From assembly GCA_944388745.1 (NCBI GenBank), contig CALXJZ010000001.1, forward strand, positions 5,976 through 69,975: a DNA stretch of 64,000 nt, written 5' to 3'. This document shows, piece by piece, positions 19,221 to 29,296 of this stretch. The notes under the pieces were generated by a model. It saw only the letters and a list, made by a program, of their open reading frames with translations, did no database searches and was not told the DNA's origin. The stretch comes from an uncultured Clostridia bacterium (lineage in GTDB: Bacteria > Bacillota > Clostridia > TANB77 > CAG-508). How positions within the stretch are numbered: the first letter of the stretch is position 1; each line of letters begins with the position of its first letter. A program made the translations under genes and the position numbers.

Positions 19221-20354
19221 TTATCTCTCCTCATCTCTATCAGCATGTTTTGTATCTTTTAAAGCTTCTTTAAATATTTTTTCTTCTTTTTCATCTACGT
19301 AATCTTTTACAATATCATATTTATAAGCATTTCTAAATTTTTCAGAATTTTCAGAAGACTTTTGAATTTTTTCGCTATTCTCTTTTTCTATTTTTTTAAC
19401 GTTTCTTTTTTCTTTCCAATCTTTATATCTTTTCCTTATCTCCCACCACTTAAATTTTTTAGCTGGGTGTATATCTTCCGTATTAACATCATTAAATTCT
19501 CTCTCTTCTGAAGGTTGTGTAGGAGCATTCTTTTGCATATTTTCTTGGTAAACTTTAGCTCCAGGTATCTTTTCAATTGCTTTCTCATAGGTTGCAATTC
19601 TCTTATCATACCCTTTTGAAATATTTTTTAATGTTTTAGCTACCCTTATATCACCATCTTTAGTATGAGAAAATCCTTGTTCTTCTATAAGTTTATCTAA
19701 AAAATCTTTATCAATTCCCACATTATTTTTTATGCAAAAATCCATAAACATTTTCTTATTACTAGATTTTTTACTCATAGCTGTCGGAAATTCAACATTA
19801 TTAATTTCATCTATTCTTTTTTTATCTTTTACTGGATCTAATTTTTTTAGTTCATCATCCAATTCTTTAACTCTTTCTGTAGCACGTACCATTCCTTTAA
19901 GATTATTTTCCAATGCAGGATGATTTTTAACTAAATTTATTATTAAATCAACTTGCTCTTTTTCTTTGTTATATTTCTTTAATTTTCTATTATATCTTTT
20001 TTCTATAATAGAATTAATATATGAACTAAATTCTGGATCTTTGCTTAATTCTGCAATATATGAATCTACTTTTTCCTTACTTTTTTTCAATATTTCTTTC
20101 ATTTTGCTAACATTAACTTTTAATTTTTCAATTTCTTGTTCTGCTATTTTTATTGCTGCATCTGCATTTTTTTCAGCAACTTTATCTTTATCTTCTATTG
20201 CTCTTTGCTTATTTCTTTCTGCATCTTCCTTTGTCCTAGTTAATTGTTTCATTTGATTATTAGCTTTTTTTACATGTTCATTTAATTTAGAAATCTTCTC
20301 ATATGATTTCTTATCCTGATTATATTTTTGATTTAATTTATCGTTTAATTCCAT
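19221..20354 (-). CDS. hypothetical K/E-rich coiled-coil protein
   Basis: 377 aa, heptad-rich charged sequence, no catalytic motifs. Its AAGGGGGA SD overlaps the stop of the upstream 49-aa ORF. Confidence 0.5.
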   Translation of the reverse strand: MELNDKLNQKYNQDKKSYEKISKLNEHVKKANNQMKQLTRTKEDAERNKQRAIEDKDKVAEKNADAAIKIAEQEIEKLKVNVSKMKEILKKSKEKVDSYIAELSKDPEFSSYINSIIEKRYNRKLKKYNKEKEQVDLIINLVKNHPALENNLKGMVRATERVKELDDELKKLDPVKDKKRIDEINNVEFPTAMSKKSSNKKMFMDFCIKNNVGIDKDFLDKLIEEQGFSHTKDGDIRVAKTLKNISKGYDKRIATYEKAIEKIPGAKVYQENMQKNAPTQPSEEREFNDVNTEDIHPAKKFKWWEIRKRYKDWKEKRNVKKIEKENSEKIQKSSENSEKFRNAYKYDIVKDYVDEKEEKIFKEALKDTKHADRDEER

Positions 20355-20372
20355 CTAATTCATCCCCCTTAA

Positions 20373-20522
20373 CTATTCATCTTCTTCGTTATCAACATCT
20401 AATATTTCATCACAATCCATTATAAGATCTTCTAGTTCAACTTTTAAATCTACTAAATCTTCTGCATTCAATCCCTCTAAATCTCCTCTAGATATCTCCA
20501 TCTCATTTAATTCATCATACAT
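20373..20522 (-). CDS. small acidic protein (49 aa), translationally coupled to the coiled-coil gene
   Basis: Manual translation MYDELNEMEISRGDLEGLNAEDLVDLKVELEDLIMDCDEILDVDNEEDE. GGAGG SD 9 nt upstream. Below the ORF-track size cut-off. Confidence 0.45.
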   Translation of the reverse strand: MYDELNEMEISRGDLEGLNAEDLVDLKVELEDLIMDCDEILDVDNEEDE

Positions 20523-20575
20523 AACTTATAACCTCCATATGATTAGTAATTATTCATCATCTATTATAAATTATA

Positions 20576-20610
20576 TCAAAAAAACATAATTCTTGCAATA
20601 GAATTATGTT
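20576..20610 (-). terminator. rho-independent terminator after trmFO
   Basis: 11-bp perfect inverted repeat AACATAATTCT(TGCAA)TAGAATTATGTT followed on the minus strand by TTTTTTTG. Confidence 0.65.
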
Positions 20611-20636
20611 AATTTTTCACTTTTTTAATAAAAATG

Positions 20637-22034
20637 TCATATTTTAGTAATATTTGTAATACTTCTTTCTGCTAATTTCATATATCTTACTTTTTTATCT
20701 TTTATCTTTTTGCCTTCTAATTCTGGTAATATACCAAAATTTGCATTCATTGGTTGGAACTTCTCATTAGGTGTAGAAATATATTTAGCTAAAGCTCCTA
20801 TTACTGTAAATTCTGAAAAAACTATGTCATGATTTTTTTCTCCGTCCCCAAGTCCTCGTTTTCCAAAATTTTGCCATCTACAAACTGCATTTAGCCCTGC
20901 GACTAAACCAGATGAAATTGACTCAACATATCCTTCTACTCCTGTTATCTGTCCTGCACAATATATATTTTTATTAGTTTTTAAATTATATGTTTCATCT
21001 AATAATTTACTAGAATTTATGTATGTATTTCTGTGCATTACACCATATTTAACAAATTCTGCATTTTCTAGTCCTGGTATCATACTAAATACTCTTTTTT
21101 GTTCTCCATATTTTAAATTTGTTTGAAATCCTACTAAATTATATATACTTGCTTGTTTATCATCTTGTCTTAGTTGCACTAAAGCATATGGTCTTTTTGC
21201 AGTTCTTGGATCATCAAATCCCACTGGCTTTAATGGTCCAAATCTCAAAGTATCTATTCCTCTTTTTGCCATTATTTCTATAGGCATACATCCTTCAAAT
21301 AATTCTCTTTTTTCAAATTCGTGCAATGTCACTACTTCAGCATTTACAAGTTCTTGCCAAAATCTTTCATACTCTTCTTTTGACATTGGCAAATTAATAT
21401 AACTCTGTTCTTCACTTTCTTGTTTTGCTATTCTTTTCTTCCACTGTTCAATTGTTTCTTCTTTTCTTTTTTCTTGGCTATATCTATCTCCATAAAATGC
21501 TATGTCAAAATTGATACTATCTTTTGATACTATTGGAGCTGCAGCATCATAAAAATATAACTTGTCTTGTCCAGTTATTTCTTGGATTTGCTTTGCTAAT
21601 CCATCAGATGTTAATGGTCCTGTCGCAACTATAACAATTCCTTCTTTAGCTATATCTTCAATGTCTGTTACTTCTTCATTTATAATTTCGATTAATTCAT
21701 TATTTTTTATTGACTCTGTAACTTTATGAGAAAATTCTTCTCTATCTACTGCTAAGGCTTGTCCAGCTGGCACTCCTGTTTCATCTGCAATTTTTATCAA
21801 TAAAGAATCTAATCTTCTTAATTCTTCTTTTAATAATCCACATGCATTTGTTAATAAATTAGATTTAAAAGAATTGCTACAAACTATTTCAGCTAAATCT
21901 TTATTACTATGTGCAGGTGAAAATTTTTTAGGTTTCATTTCAAAAAGTTTTACTTTTATTCCTCTTTTTGCAACTTGGTATGCTGCCTCACATCCAGCTA
22001 ATCCTCCACCTATTATTGTGATATACTCCTTCAT
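20637..22034 (-). CDS. trmFO: methylenetetrahydrofolate--tRNA-(uracil54-C5)-methyltransferase TrmFO (Gid)
   Basis: N-terminal ITIIGGGLAGCEAAYQ FAD-binding fold, about 465 aa, Cys-containing catalytic region typical of TrmFO. Ends with a TGA stop, showing TGA is a stop in this organism. Confidence 0.85.
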   Translation of the reverse strand: MKEYITIIGGGLAGCEAAYQVAKRGIKVKLFEMKPKKFSPAHSNKDLAEIVCSNSFKSNLLTNACGLLKEELRRLDSLLIKIADETGVPAGQALAVDREEFSHKVTESIKNNELIEIINEEVTDIEDIAKEGIVIVATGPLTSDGLAKQIQEITGQDKLYFYDAAAPIVSKDSINFDIAFYGDRYSQEKRKEETIEQWKKRIAKQESEEQSYINLPMSKEEYERFWQELVNAEVVTLHEFEKRELFEGCMPIEIMAKRGIDTLRFGPLKPVGFDDPRTAKRPYALVQLRQDDKQASIYNLVGFQTNLKYGEQKRVFSMIPGLENAEFVKYGVMHRNTYINSSKLLDETYNLKTNKNIYCAGQITGVEGYVESISSGLVAGLNAVCRWQNFGKRGLGDGEKNHDIVFSEFTVIGALAKYISTPNEKFQPMNANFGILPELEGKKIKDKKVRYMKLAERSITNITKI

Positions 22035-22450
22035 CTTTCTTCTCCATTTTCTCCTCTATTATTTTGATGCCTTTTAGCTATTTCTCCATGATTTTCTTTC
22101 ATCATTTGCTCATCTTTCTTTTTTCTTTCTTCCGTTTCTCTTCTAACTTCAGTAATATCAAATTCTTCTAATCCATATTTTTGGATATAACCCTTTCTAA
22201 ATTCCAAATAATTCAATTTATCTCTAAATGTAGCATAAGCATTTTCATCAATATCAAAGGCTTCTTCCTTTAAATCTTCAAAACATTGAATAACCTTTTT
22301 AAGCCCTTCTATTCTTTTATCTAAATCTGACTTAGGAATTTTATTATAACTATCTATACTATCAATTAAATTTAAATTCAATTCTTTAGCTCTTTTTAAA
22401 GTTTCTCTTTCTTCAAATTTTTGATACCCATTCTTTTTCATCATTATCAC
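22031..22450 (-). CDS. hypothetical charged protein (139 aa); overlaps the trmFO start by 4 nt
   Basis: ORF with an ATGA overlap to trmFO. No recognisable motifs. Confidence 0.45.
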   Translation of the reverse strand: MIMMKKNGYQKFEERETLKRAKELNLNLIDSIDSYNKIPKSDLDKRIEGLKKVIQCFEDLKEEAFDIDENAYATFRDKLNYLEFRKGYIQKYGLEEFDITEVRRETEERKKKDEQMMKENHGEIAKRHQNNRGENGEER

Positions 22451-22555
22451 ACACCTTTAAGAAAATCATTTTATCTTTTTTGAGTCATCACCACTTAATT
22501 ATGTATCTGAAATCACTATATCATAAACTCAACTGTTTTTCAACATTGGTTATTA

Positions 22556-22624
22556 GTGCCGTCCCAAAACTAACCAAAAATGGTCACTCCGAACCTGTCC
22601 CCAAAGTGACCACAATGACCAAAA
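22556..22624 (-). repeat. Family-A dispersed palindromic repeat, copy 2 (inverted relative to copies 1 and 3)
   Basis: The reverse complement reads TTTTGGTCATTGTGGTCACTTTGGGGACAGGTTCGGAGTGACCATTTTTGGTTAGTTTTGGGACGGCAC. Lies between the SNF2 helicase stop and the 139-aa gene start. Confidence 0.8.
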
Positions 22625-25600
22625 TTAATTAAATAAATTCATTATTTCTTCTTTTGATAATTTGTTTATAAATGATGTTTTTGTGCTTAGCATATTGTCT
22701 ACTAACTCTGATTTTTTTTGTTGTAACTCATATATCTTTTCTTCTATTGAATTTTTTGTTATTAGTTTATATACTTGCACATTATTTTTTTGTCCAATTC
22801 TATAGGCTCTGTCTGTTGCTTGATTTTCTGTTGATATATTCCACCATGGATCATAATGTATTACCATATCAGCACCTGTTAGGTTTAATCCTGTTCCTCC
22901 TGCTTTTAACGATATCAAGAATATTTTTATATCTGAATTACTGTTAAATTCATCTACCATTCTAATTCTTTCATCTACTTTTGTGCTTCCTGTTAGTTTA
23001 TAATACTCAATATTTTTCTTTTTTAATTTTTCTTCTATTATTGGGAACATTGATGTATATCCTGAAAATAGTAATATTTTGTGTCCCCCTTCTATTGCAT
23101 CTTGTACTATTTCCATACATTGATTAAGTTTTCCGCTTCCTTCTTTATAGTCTTTGATAAACAGACTTGGATGGCAACATATTTGTCTTAATCTTGTTAA
23201 TACTGCTAATATTTGCATATGACTTTTTTCATATCCATTTAGTTCTATTTCTTGGAATAAGTCTTGTTTTGCTTGTGCCAAATATGTTAGATATATATTT
23301 CTTTGCTCTTCTTCCATTTCATTATTTAATACTGTTATTGTTTTATCTGGCAATTCTGTTAGTACTTCTTTTTTATTTCTTCTTAGTACAAATGGTTCTA
23401 TTAGCATTTTTAATTTTGCCATTGCTTTCTCATCATTGTCTTTTACTATCGGTACTTCATACATTGTTTTAAATTGCTTATATGTAAATAAATATCCTGG
23501 CATGATGAAGTCAAATATTGACCATAATTCTGCTAATGAGTTTTCTATTGGCGTTCCTGTTAACGCATATCTTGTGTCTGCTTTTATTTGTTTTATTGCT
23601 TTTGCATTTTGTGTATTACTATTTTTTAAATATTGTGCTTCATCTGCTATTATATATCTAAATTGATATTTCTTATCTTTATATAAATCAATATCTCTTT
23701 TTAATAGGTCATATGATGTAATTACTAAATCATAGTTTTCTATTTCTTTTATTTGTCTTTTTCTTTCTGATAAAGTTCCCCTAATTACTAATATTTTTAA
23801 ATCTTTTGCAAATTTGTTTGCTTCATTTTGCCAATTTAATGTCAGTGAACTTGGTGAAACTACTAAACTTGCTCTTTTAGTTTCTTTTTGAAAATTGCTC
23901 TTTTCTTTTTGTTCTATTAATTCATTTTTGTTCTCTTCAGAATTTTCTACTCCGTCTTTACTTCTGGCTTTTTCTACATAATCAACAATTACAGATAACA
24001 TTTGAATAGTTTTTCCAAGTCCCATATCATCTGCAAGTATTCCGCCAAATTCATATGAATCTAAAATCTTTAACCATTTGAATCCTGTTTTTTGATAATA
24101 TCTTAAAACATTATTTAAATTTTCTGGTATTTGGATCTCATCTTCTAAATGGTCTTTATCTAAATTATTTACTATTTCCCTATATTCACCATTTTTTGTT
24201 ACTTGAATTCCTTTTTTACTTTTTAATAGCTGGTTTAGATATAAACTTCTATAAGCTGGTAAAACCACTTCTCCTTTTTCTAGTTCTTTATAATCAATAT
24301 CCATTCCAGTAACAAGCTTGTCTAAAAAGTCAATCTCTTTATTATCTTCTAAGTTTAAAAAACTACCATCTTTTAGTCTATGATATTTCTTTTTTAATTG
24401 ATATTTTTCCATTATCTTTTGTAATTCTTTTATATCTATGTCTAAATCATTTAAATCTATTGATAATAAGTTATTTTCTACTTTTACTCCAATATTGCCA
24501 ATTTTTGCTTGTCTTATTTGTTTCGTCTTAAATTTTTCAGTAACTAAAACTTCAAATCTTTTCATATATACATTTATATCTTCTGTCAAAAATTCATAAA
24601 TTTTGTCATTATCAGGTAATATAAATCTTAGATTCTTTGTATCTAGCATAAATCCTGTTTTTCTAAATATGTTTAATGCTTTCGTCTCTTGAATCATGTT
24701 TCTTGGAAATTTTAGTTCTTGTTTTTCATCTAATGGATTAAATTCATTATTTTCATAACAAAATAGTACATCTGCAACTAGATAATCTTTCTCGTCAAAA
24801 TCTAAATATACCTTTACTACTAATTCTTTTGGTTTGTATTTTTCAATTTCTTCTTCTGATATATTTTCAATTGTTATTGCTGCTCTTACTTTTGGCATTA
24901 TTATTGAAAATAGCTGTGTTAATTCTTCTTTTCCCAAAACTATTTCTGTCATATAATTTTGCCTAAAAAATTCTAATAGCTTTAAATTGGCATTTTCAAA
25001 TTCTTTGCTACATCTATATATTTTTTTACTATCTAAAATGTATTTGTATTCTTTCCCTTTTAAAATACTAACATTAAATATTTCTACATTTGGCAAAATT
25101 ACATATTGATTATCTGATTTCTTTTTTAATGTAAAAGATATTTTTGGGTCTTCATTTGCAAATTCGATTTTTTCATTTAAATAGTCTCTTTGAAATTCTA
25201 CTTGTTTTCCTTGTAATATTTCAAATAAATCATCTATTCCACTATTTCCTAGCAAAATGCTTGTTTCACTTAATGCTTTTCCATAATAACGATAATTACT
25301 GTTTGAATTTGAATTTGCATATTTTATAATTTCTGCATATTTTAATAAAAAATCAAGTAATTTTTGACTTTCTTCATCAAACATTTCTTTAGTATGTACG
25401 AATTGTAGTTTTTCTCCATATTTATAAAATTCTTTTTCCATCATTCTTGTATAAAATTCTGATAGATTTTTTATCTTATACATTCTTTTGTTTCCAATTT
25501 TAAATTCTACTTTCATGTCTCCCAAAAATTTGTCATAGATTACTTTAGGCTCTAAATGAATTGTTCCTTTATTTTTTAATTCTTCATCATCACTATCAAT

Positions 25601-26032
25601 TCCATCTATTTCTTCGTTATAAAACGTGTTTACCATTTGTCTGAAGTTTCTGTATTGCATATTATTACTTGTATTTAGTTTTTCTTTTCTTTCATTTATT
25701 ATATTTTCTGGCTTTTCGTATTTTCTTCTATAATTTTCGTCTTCTGCAAATGTCATAACAGATGCTAATGTATGTTTGCAAACTCCATAGTGATTATAAT
25801 AGTCTTGACAATTACAAGTAATGTCGTCTATTTCTCCATTACTTACTGATATATATGTTTTATATGGTTCAGAGCCTACTACCATTCCTCTTATAGCAAA
25901 GTTATTACTGTCTTGATATTCTACTTCTATTATTTCAACTCTTCCTAATGATTTATACATTCTTGCTTTTTGTGTTCTTTTTTCTCCAGCATCTTGACAC
26001 AAACTGTCTAATATTTGTTGGCTTACTATCAT
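22625..26032 (-). CDS. SNF2-family DEAD/H helicase with N-terminal SWIM zinc finger
   Basis: SWIM CxC..CxH (ITCNCQDYYNHYGVCKHTLASV). Motif I LADDMGLGKTIQ, motif II DEAQYLKN, C-terminal HELICc (QATDRAYRIGQ). Confidence 0.85.
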   Translation of the reverse strand: MIVSQQILDSLCQDAGEKRTQKARMYKSLGRVEIIEVEYQDSNNFAIRGMVVGSEPYKTYISVSNGEIDDITCNCQDYYNHYGVCKHTLASVMTFAEDENYRRKYEKPENIINERKEKLNTSNNMQYRNFRQMVNTFYNEEIDGIDSDDEELKNKGTIHLEPKVIYDKFLGDMKVEFKIGNKRMYKIKNLSEFYTRMMEKEFYKYGEKLQFVHTKEMFDEESQKLLDFLLKYAEIIKYANSNSNSNYRYYGKALSETSILLGNSGIDDLFEILQGKQVEFQRDYLNEKIEFANEDPKISFTLKKKSDNQYVILPNVEIFNVSILKGKEYKYILDSKKIYRCSKEFENANLKLLEFFRQNYMTEIVLGKEELTQLFSIIMPKVRAAITIENISEEEIEKYKPKELVVKVYLDFDEKDYLVADVLFCYENNEFNPLDEKQELKFPRNMIQETKALNIFRKTGFMLDTKNLRFILPDNDKIYEFLTEDINVYMKRFEVLVTEKFKTKQIRQAKIGNIGVKVENNLLSIDLNDLDIDIKELQKIMEKYQLKKKYHRLKDGSFLNLEDNKEIDFLDKLVTGMDIDYKELEKGEVVLPAYRSLYLNQLLKSKKGIQVTKNGEYREIVNNLDKDHLEDEIQIPENLNNVLRYYQKTGFKWLKILDSYEFGGILADDMGLGKTIQMLSVIVDYVEKARSKDGVENSEENKNELIEQKEKSNFQKETKRASLVVSPSSLTLNWQNEANKFAKDLKILVIRGTLSERKRQIKEIENYDLVITSYDLLKRDIDLYKDKKYQFRYIIADEAQYLKNSNTQNAKAIKQIKADTRYALTGTPIENSLAELWSIFDFIMPGYLFTYKQFKTMYEVPIVKDNDEKAMAKLKMLIEPFVLRRNKKEVLTELPDKTITVLNNEMEEEQRNIYLTYLAQAKQDLFQEIELNGYEKSHMQILAVLTRLRQICCHPSLFIKDYKEGSGKLNQCMEIVQDAIEGGHKILLFSGYTSMFPIIEEKLKKKNIEYYKLTGSTKVDERIRMVDEFNSNSDIKIFLISLKAGGTGLNLTGADMVIHYDPWWNISTENQATDRAYRIGQKNNVQVYKLITKNSIEEKIYELQQKKSELVDNMLSTKTSFINKLSKEEIMNLFN

Positions 26033-26090
26033 AATCTCTCACCTATTATTTTATATTTTCTCGGCTAAAGATTATATAATAATTTTTGGA

Positions 26091-26115
26091 AAAAAGCAAG
26101 TGGGTAACATCCCAC
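26091..26115 (-). terminator. short terminator hairpin after the Spo0E-like gene
   Basis: Minus-strand GTGGGATGTTACCCAC followed by TTGCTTTTTTCC. Confidence 0.45.
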
Positions 26116-26190
26116 AAAATAGATAGTAGGTACACACCAAAAAACTCTCAAACTTTCTAGTTCAAGAGTCTTCAATTTACTTTTTCTATG

Positions 26191-26349
26191 TCACCGCCCA
26201 CAACAGTTTTTTTTATTATTTTTAGCATAATACTTAGCTATAAGCTCGTCCAATTCTATACTCAATTGATAAATTACGCTATAATCCTCTCCATCTTCTA
26301 TGCTTTTATTCAATTTATCCCTTAATTTACAAATTTCATCATCTAACAT
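26191..26349 (-). CDS. Spo0E-like sporulation regulatory aspartyl-phosphate phosphatase family small protein (52 aa)
   Basis: Manual translation MLDDEICKLRDKLNKSIEDGEDYSVIYQLSIELDELIAKYYAKNNKKNCCGR. Matches the Spo0E-family pattern (L..IE..R..L......S.....SQ.LD.LI..Y). AAAGGAGAG SD. A TGTCGAA (0A-box-like) sequence about 120 nt upstream. Confidence 0.5.
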   Translation of the reverse strand: MLDDEICKLRDKLNKSIEDGEDYSVIYQLSIELDELIAKYYAKNNKKNCCGR

Positions 26350-26490
26350 ACATCATCTCTCCTTTTCTTTAATTTATCTTCCGTATATTTATAAATTACC
26401 ACATTATTTTTCTCAAGTCAAGTATTTTCAATGGTTTTTGCCAACTTTCGTACGACGAGTTTTTGTATTTTTCGACATTTTACAACACAT

Positions 26491-26531
26491 AAAAACGGTA
26501 AAAATCCTATTTAGAATTTACTACCGTTTTT
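26491..26531 (-). terminator. rho-independent terminator after the M16 peptidase gene
   Basis: AAAAACGGTA..N21..TACCGTTTTT: a 10-bp stem with a U-tract. Confidence 0.6.
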
Positions 26532-26549
26532 TCAACATTTTTTTCTTAG

Positions 26550-27851
26550 CTATTTTTCAACAATTGACAAAACCATTCTATCCTCTCTAAAAACTTGTTT
26601 TAAAACTTGCTCAGCATACTCCTTTGAAACACTATCAATTTCATCCAAATAATCAAAACTATTAATACCTTTAAAGAAATCTGCTAAAAACATTCTAGAA
26701 ATATCAGTCACATCATTATATTCCTTAACATATCCGCCATAAATCATCTTTCTAATTCTTTCAAAATCCTGTTCATTTATTCCATTTTCCTTTAAATTTT
26801 TAACCTCTTTTTTAAATTCCTCATAAACCTTATCAGGATCACTTGATTGCCCATCAATTAAGACATGTGCATAAATATTTGTAAATTCATAACTTAGTCC
26901 TGGTTGAGCATAAATAATTCCATCCTTATATAATTTTTGAAATAAACTTGAACTTCTTCCCATTATTAAATTTAGTAGTATTTCAACAGCTATATGTTTT
27001 TTAACTAGATCTGATTTATTTTGATTACAATTATCTTGAATTGTATCCTTTATTCCTATTGTATAAAGTGGCTGACTTACTTCTAGTTTTTGCTCAATTT
27101 TTTCTTGTACTATTGTTTCTGGTTCTTCTGGATATATTCTTTTTATTTCTCCATTCGCTTTTTTATCAATTAATCTTTTTTTAACTTCTTCAAGCATTTC
27201 TTCTGGTTTAAAATCTCCACAGATAACCATTACCATGTTTGATGGATTATAAAATGTATTATAACATTTATATAAAATATCTTTATCTATTTTGCTAATT
27301 GTTTCTATTGTTCCAACTATGTCTATTTTCACGGGACATTCATGATACATTGCATTCATCGCATTTAAATAAACTTTCCAATCAGGAGAATCATCATACA
27401 TCCCAATCTCTTGTCCTATTATACCTTTCTCTTTTTCCACATTTTCATCTGTAAAATATGGATGTTGAACATAATCCATCAATTCATCCATTGCTTCATA
27501 AAAATTATCTGTACATTCAAATAAATATGCTGTATGGTCATTTGTTGTATATGCATTAGCATCTACTCCCAAAGCTGTTAATACATCCAAGCTATTTGTA
27601 CCATTTTCTTGTTCAAACATCTTATGCTCTAAAAAGTGTGCTACTCCATTTGGCACAACTGTTGATTTTTCTTCTCCAGGAACTACAAATTCATTTTCTA
27701 ATGAACCATAATGTGTTCCCCATATCATATATTTCTTTTTCGTACCTGGTTTTGGTATTATTATAACTGTTAATCCATTTTCTAATTTTTCTTTATATAC
27801 TTTTTCTTTAACCTTTAAATTTTCTATAAGTTGCATATTTTTCCCTCCCAT
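26550..27851 (-). CDS. M16-family zinc peptidase (insulinase-like), catalytic subunit
   Basis: HxxEH zinc-binding motif (AHFLEHKMF), about 430 aa. Paired with an adjacent inactive-type M16 paralog. Confidence 0.8.
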   Translation of the reverse strand: MGGKNMQLIENLKVKEKVYKEKLENGLTVIIIPKPGTKKKYMIWGTHYGSLENEFVVPGEEKSTVVPNGVAHFLEHKMFEQENGTNSLDVLTALGVDANAYTTNDHTAYLFECTDNFYEAMDELMDYVQHPYFTDENVEKEKGIIGQEIGMYDDSPDWKVYLNAMNAMYHECPVKIDIVGTIETISKIDKDILYKCYNTFYNPSNMVMVICGDFKPEEMLEEVKKRLIDKKANGEIKRIYPEEPETIVQEKIEQKLEVSQPLYTIGIKDTIQDNCNQNKSDLVKKHIAVEILLNLIMGRSSSLFQKLYKDGIIYAQPGLSYEFTNIYAHVLIDGQSSDPDKVYEEFKKEVKNLKENGINEQDFERIRKMIYGGYVKEYNDVTDISRMFLADFFKGINSFDYLDEIDSVSKEYAEQVLKQVFREDRMVLSIVEK

Positions 27852-27852
27852 T

Positions 27853-29121
27853 TTAGTCTTTTAAAAAGTAAATTGTATTTATACTTACTGAATTTGCTAT
27901 TTTAACAATATCATCTTTTTGAACTTTTTGTACAATTTCTTTATATTCTTCTGGACTTATCTTATTATTTGATAATTCTTGTCCAAAATAATATGTGATA
28001 CATGTGTCTTGTTCATCATCAATTAAATCTATTGTTGATATTATCCCTTTTTTAGCATTTTCTATATCTTCTTCAGTAAAGTCTCCTTTTTTCATATCAT
28101 CAATTTGTTTTCTTACAATTTCTAATGCTTTTTCATAGTTGCTTATTTCTATTCCACAATTTATAAATATATTGCTTTTTTGTCTTATATAACTAGAACT
28201 TGCAACATATGCCAGATGTGCTTTTTCTCTTACATTTTGGAACATTTTAGAATTTGCTGTTCCACCTAAAATACTATTATATAACAAAGCATCATATTTT
28301 TGTTCTTCATCTTCTAATTTAATATCCAATCCTAAAACCAATTTACCTTGTGTTACTTCCATTGATTCTGTAACAACATTTTCTTTTTCTGTACTTTTAG
28401 TTATCAATTTTGGCATTACGTATTTTGGTTCTCTTTCTTGTAAATTTTTGATATTTTCGTTTTCTTCGATAATTTCTTCAATATCATCTGGCAATATTCC
28501 AGAGACAAGAATATCAATTTTACAATTTTTAATTAGCTCTTGATAATATTCATATAGATTTTTTCCATTAATTGCATATAAATCTTCGACATATCCAAAC
28601 TTATATAATCCATATGGCTCATCTTTATACATTTCTTCAATACATCTATTTAAAGCATATCTTGCTTTATTATCTATTTTTCCTTCTATTCTTTGCTTAA
28701 TAGTATTTTTTTCTTGCTCTACATATTCTTTTTTGAATTCTCCATTTTCGATATATGGATTAAATACTATTTCAAGTATCTTTTCAAGTGTAGTTTTCAA
28801 CATTTTTTCCTTTTGTTGTGGAATAAAATCATCATTTATTGTCTCCATATAGAATTTTAAAACTTGATTATCTCCAATTTTATCTAATCCACAGTCAAAA
28901 CTTGCTCCATACATTTCTTCCATTTGCTTACTTATTTCTTCTTGTGAAGGCATATTTTTAGAACCTCTTCTTAAAATTGTTGATATTAATGCATTTCTAG
29001 TTACATTTTCTCTTGTTAGTTCTGTTGTTAAAAATACTGCCACTAGGTTTGTTTTAAATTTATTTGTATTAAGTTCATGAAATTCTATTCCTTTTTTTAT
29101 TTCTTTTTCTTGATATTGCAT
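27853..29121 (-). CDS. M16-family peptidase-like protein (non-catalytic partner; no HxxEH)
   Basis: Same length and architecture as the neighbouring M16 gene, and the typical two-gene arrangement. Confidence 0.7.
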   Translation of the reverse strand: MQYQEKEIKKGIEFHELNTNKFKTNLVAVFLTTELTRENVTRNALISTILRRGSKNMPSQEEISKQMEEMYGASFDCGLDKIGDNQVLKFYMETINDDFIPQQKEKMLKTTLEKILEIVFNPYIENGEFKKEYVEQEKNTIKQRIEGKIDNKARYALNRCIEEMYKDEPYGLYKFGYVEDLYAINGKNLYEYYQELIKNCKIDILVSGILPDDIEEIIEENENIKNLQEREPKYVMPKLITKSTEKENVVTESMEVTQGKLVLGLDIKLEDEEQKYDALLYNSILGGTANSKMFQNVREKAHLAYVASSSYIRQKSNIFINCGIEISNYEKALEIVRKQIDDMKKGDFTEEDIENAKKGIISTIDLIDDEQDTCITYYFGQELSNNKISPEEYKEIVQKVQKDDIVKIANSVSINTIYFLKD

Positions 29122-29227
29122 AAATTTTCCTCCTTTTTATTGACTTTCAATTTTTACTTTAATATTATTTATTATACACTTATTTTTTAATTTTATAAAT
29201 TTTATTTACTATTCTAACAATTATAAC

Positions 29228-29274
29228 AAAAAAATTGGAAGTTTTCGCATTATATGTACATCTTTAACTTCCAA
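29228..29274 (-). terminator. rho-independent terminator after rpsU
   Basis: TTGGAAGTT..N22..AACTTCCAA 9-bp stem followed on the minus strand by TTTTTTTG. Confidence 0.6.
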
Positions 29275-29296
29275 TCCAATCCTTTTTATTTTCATA

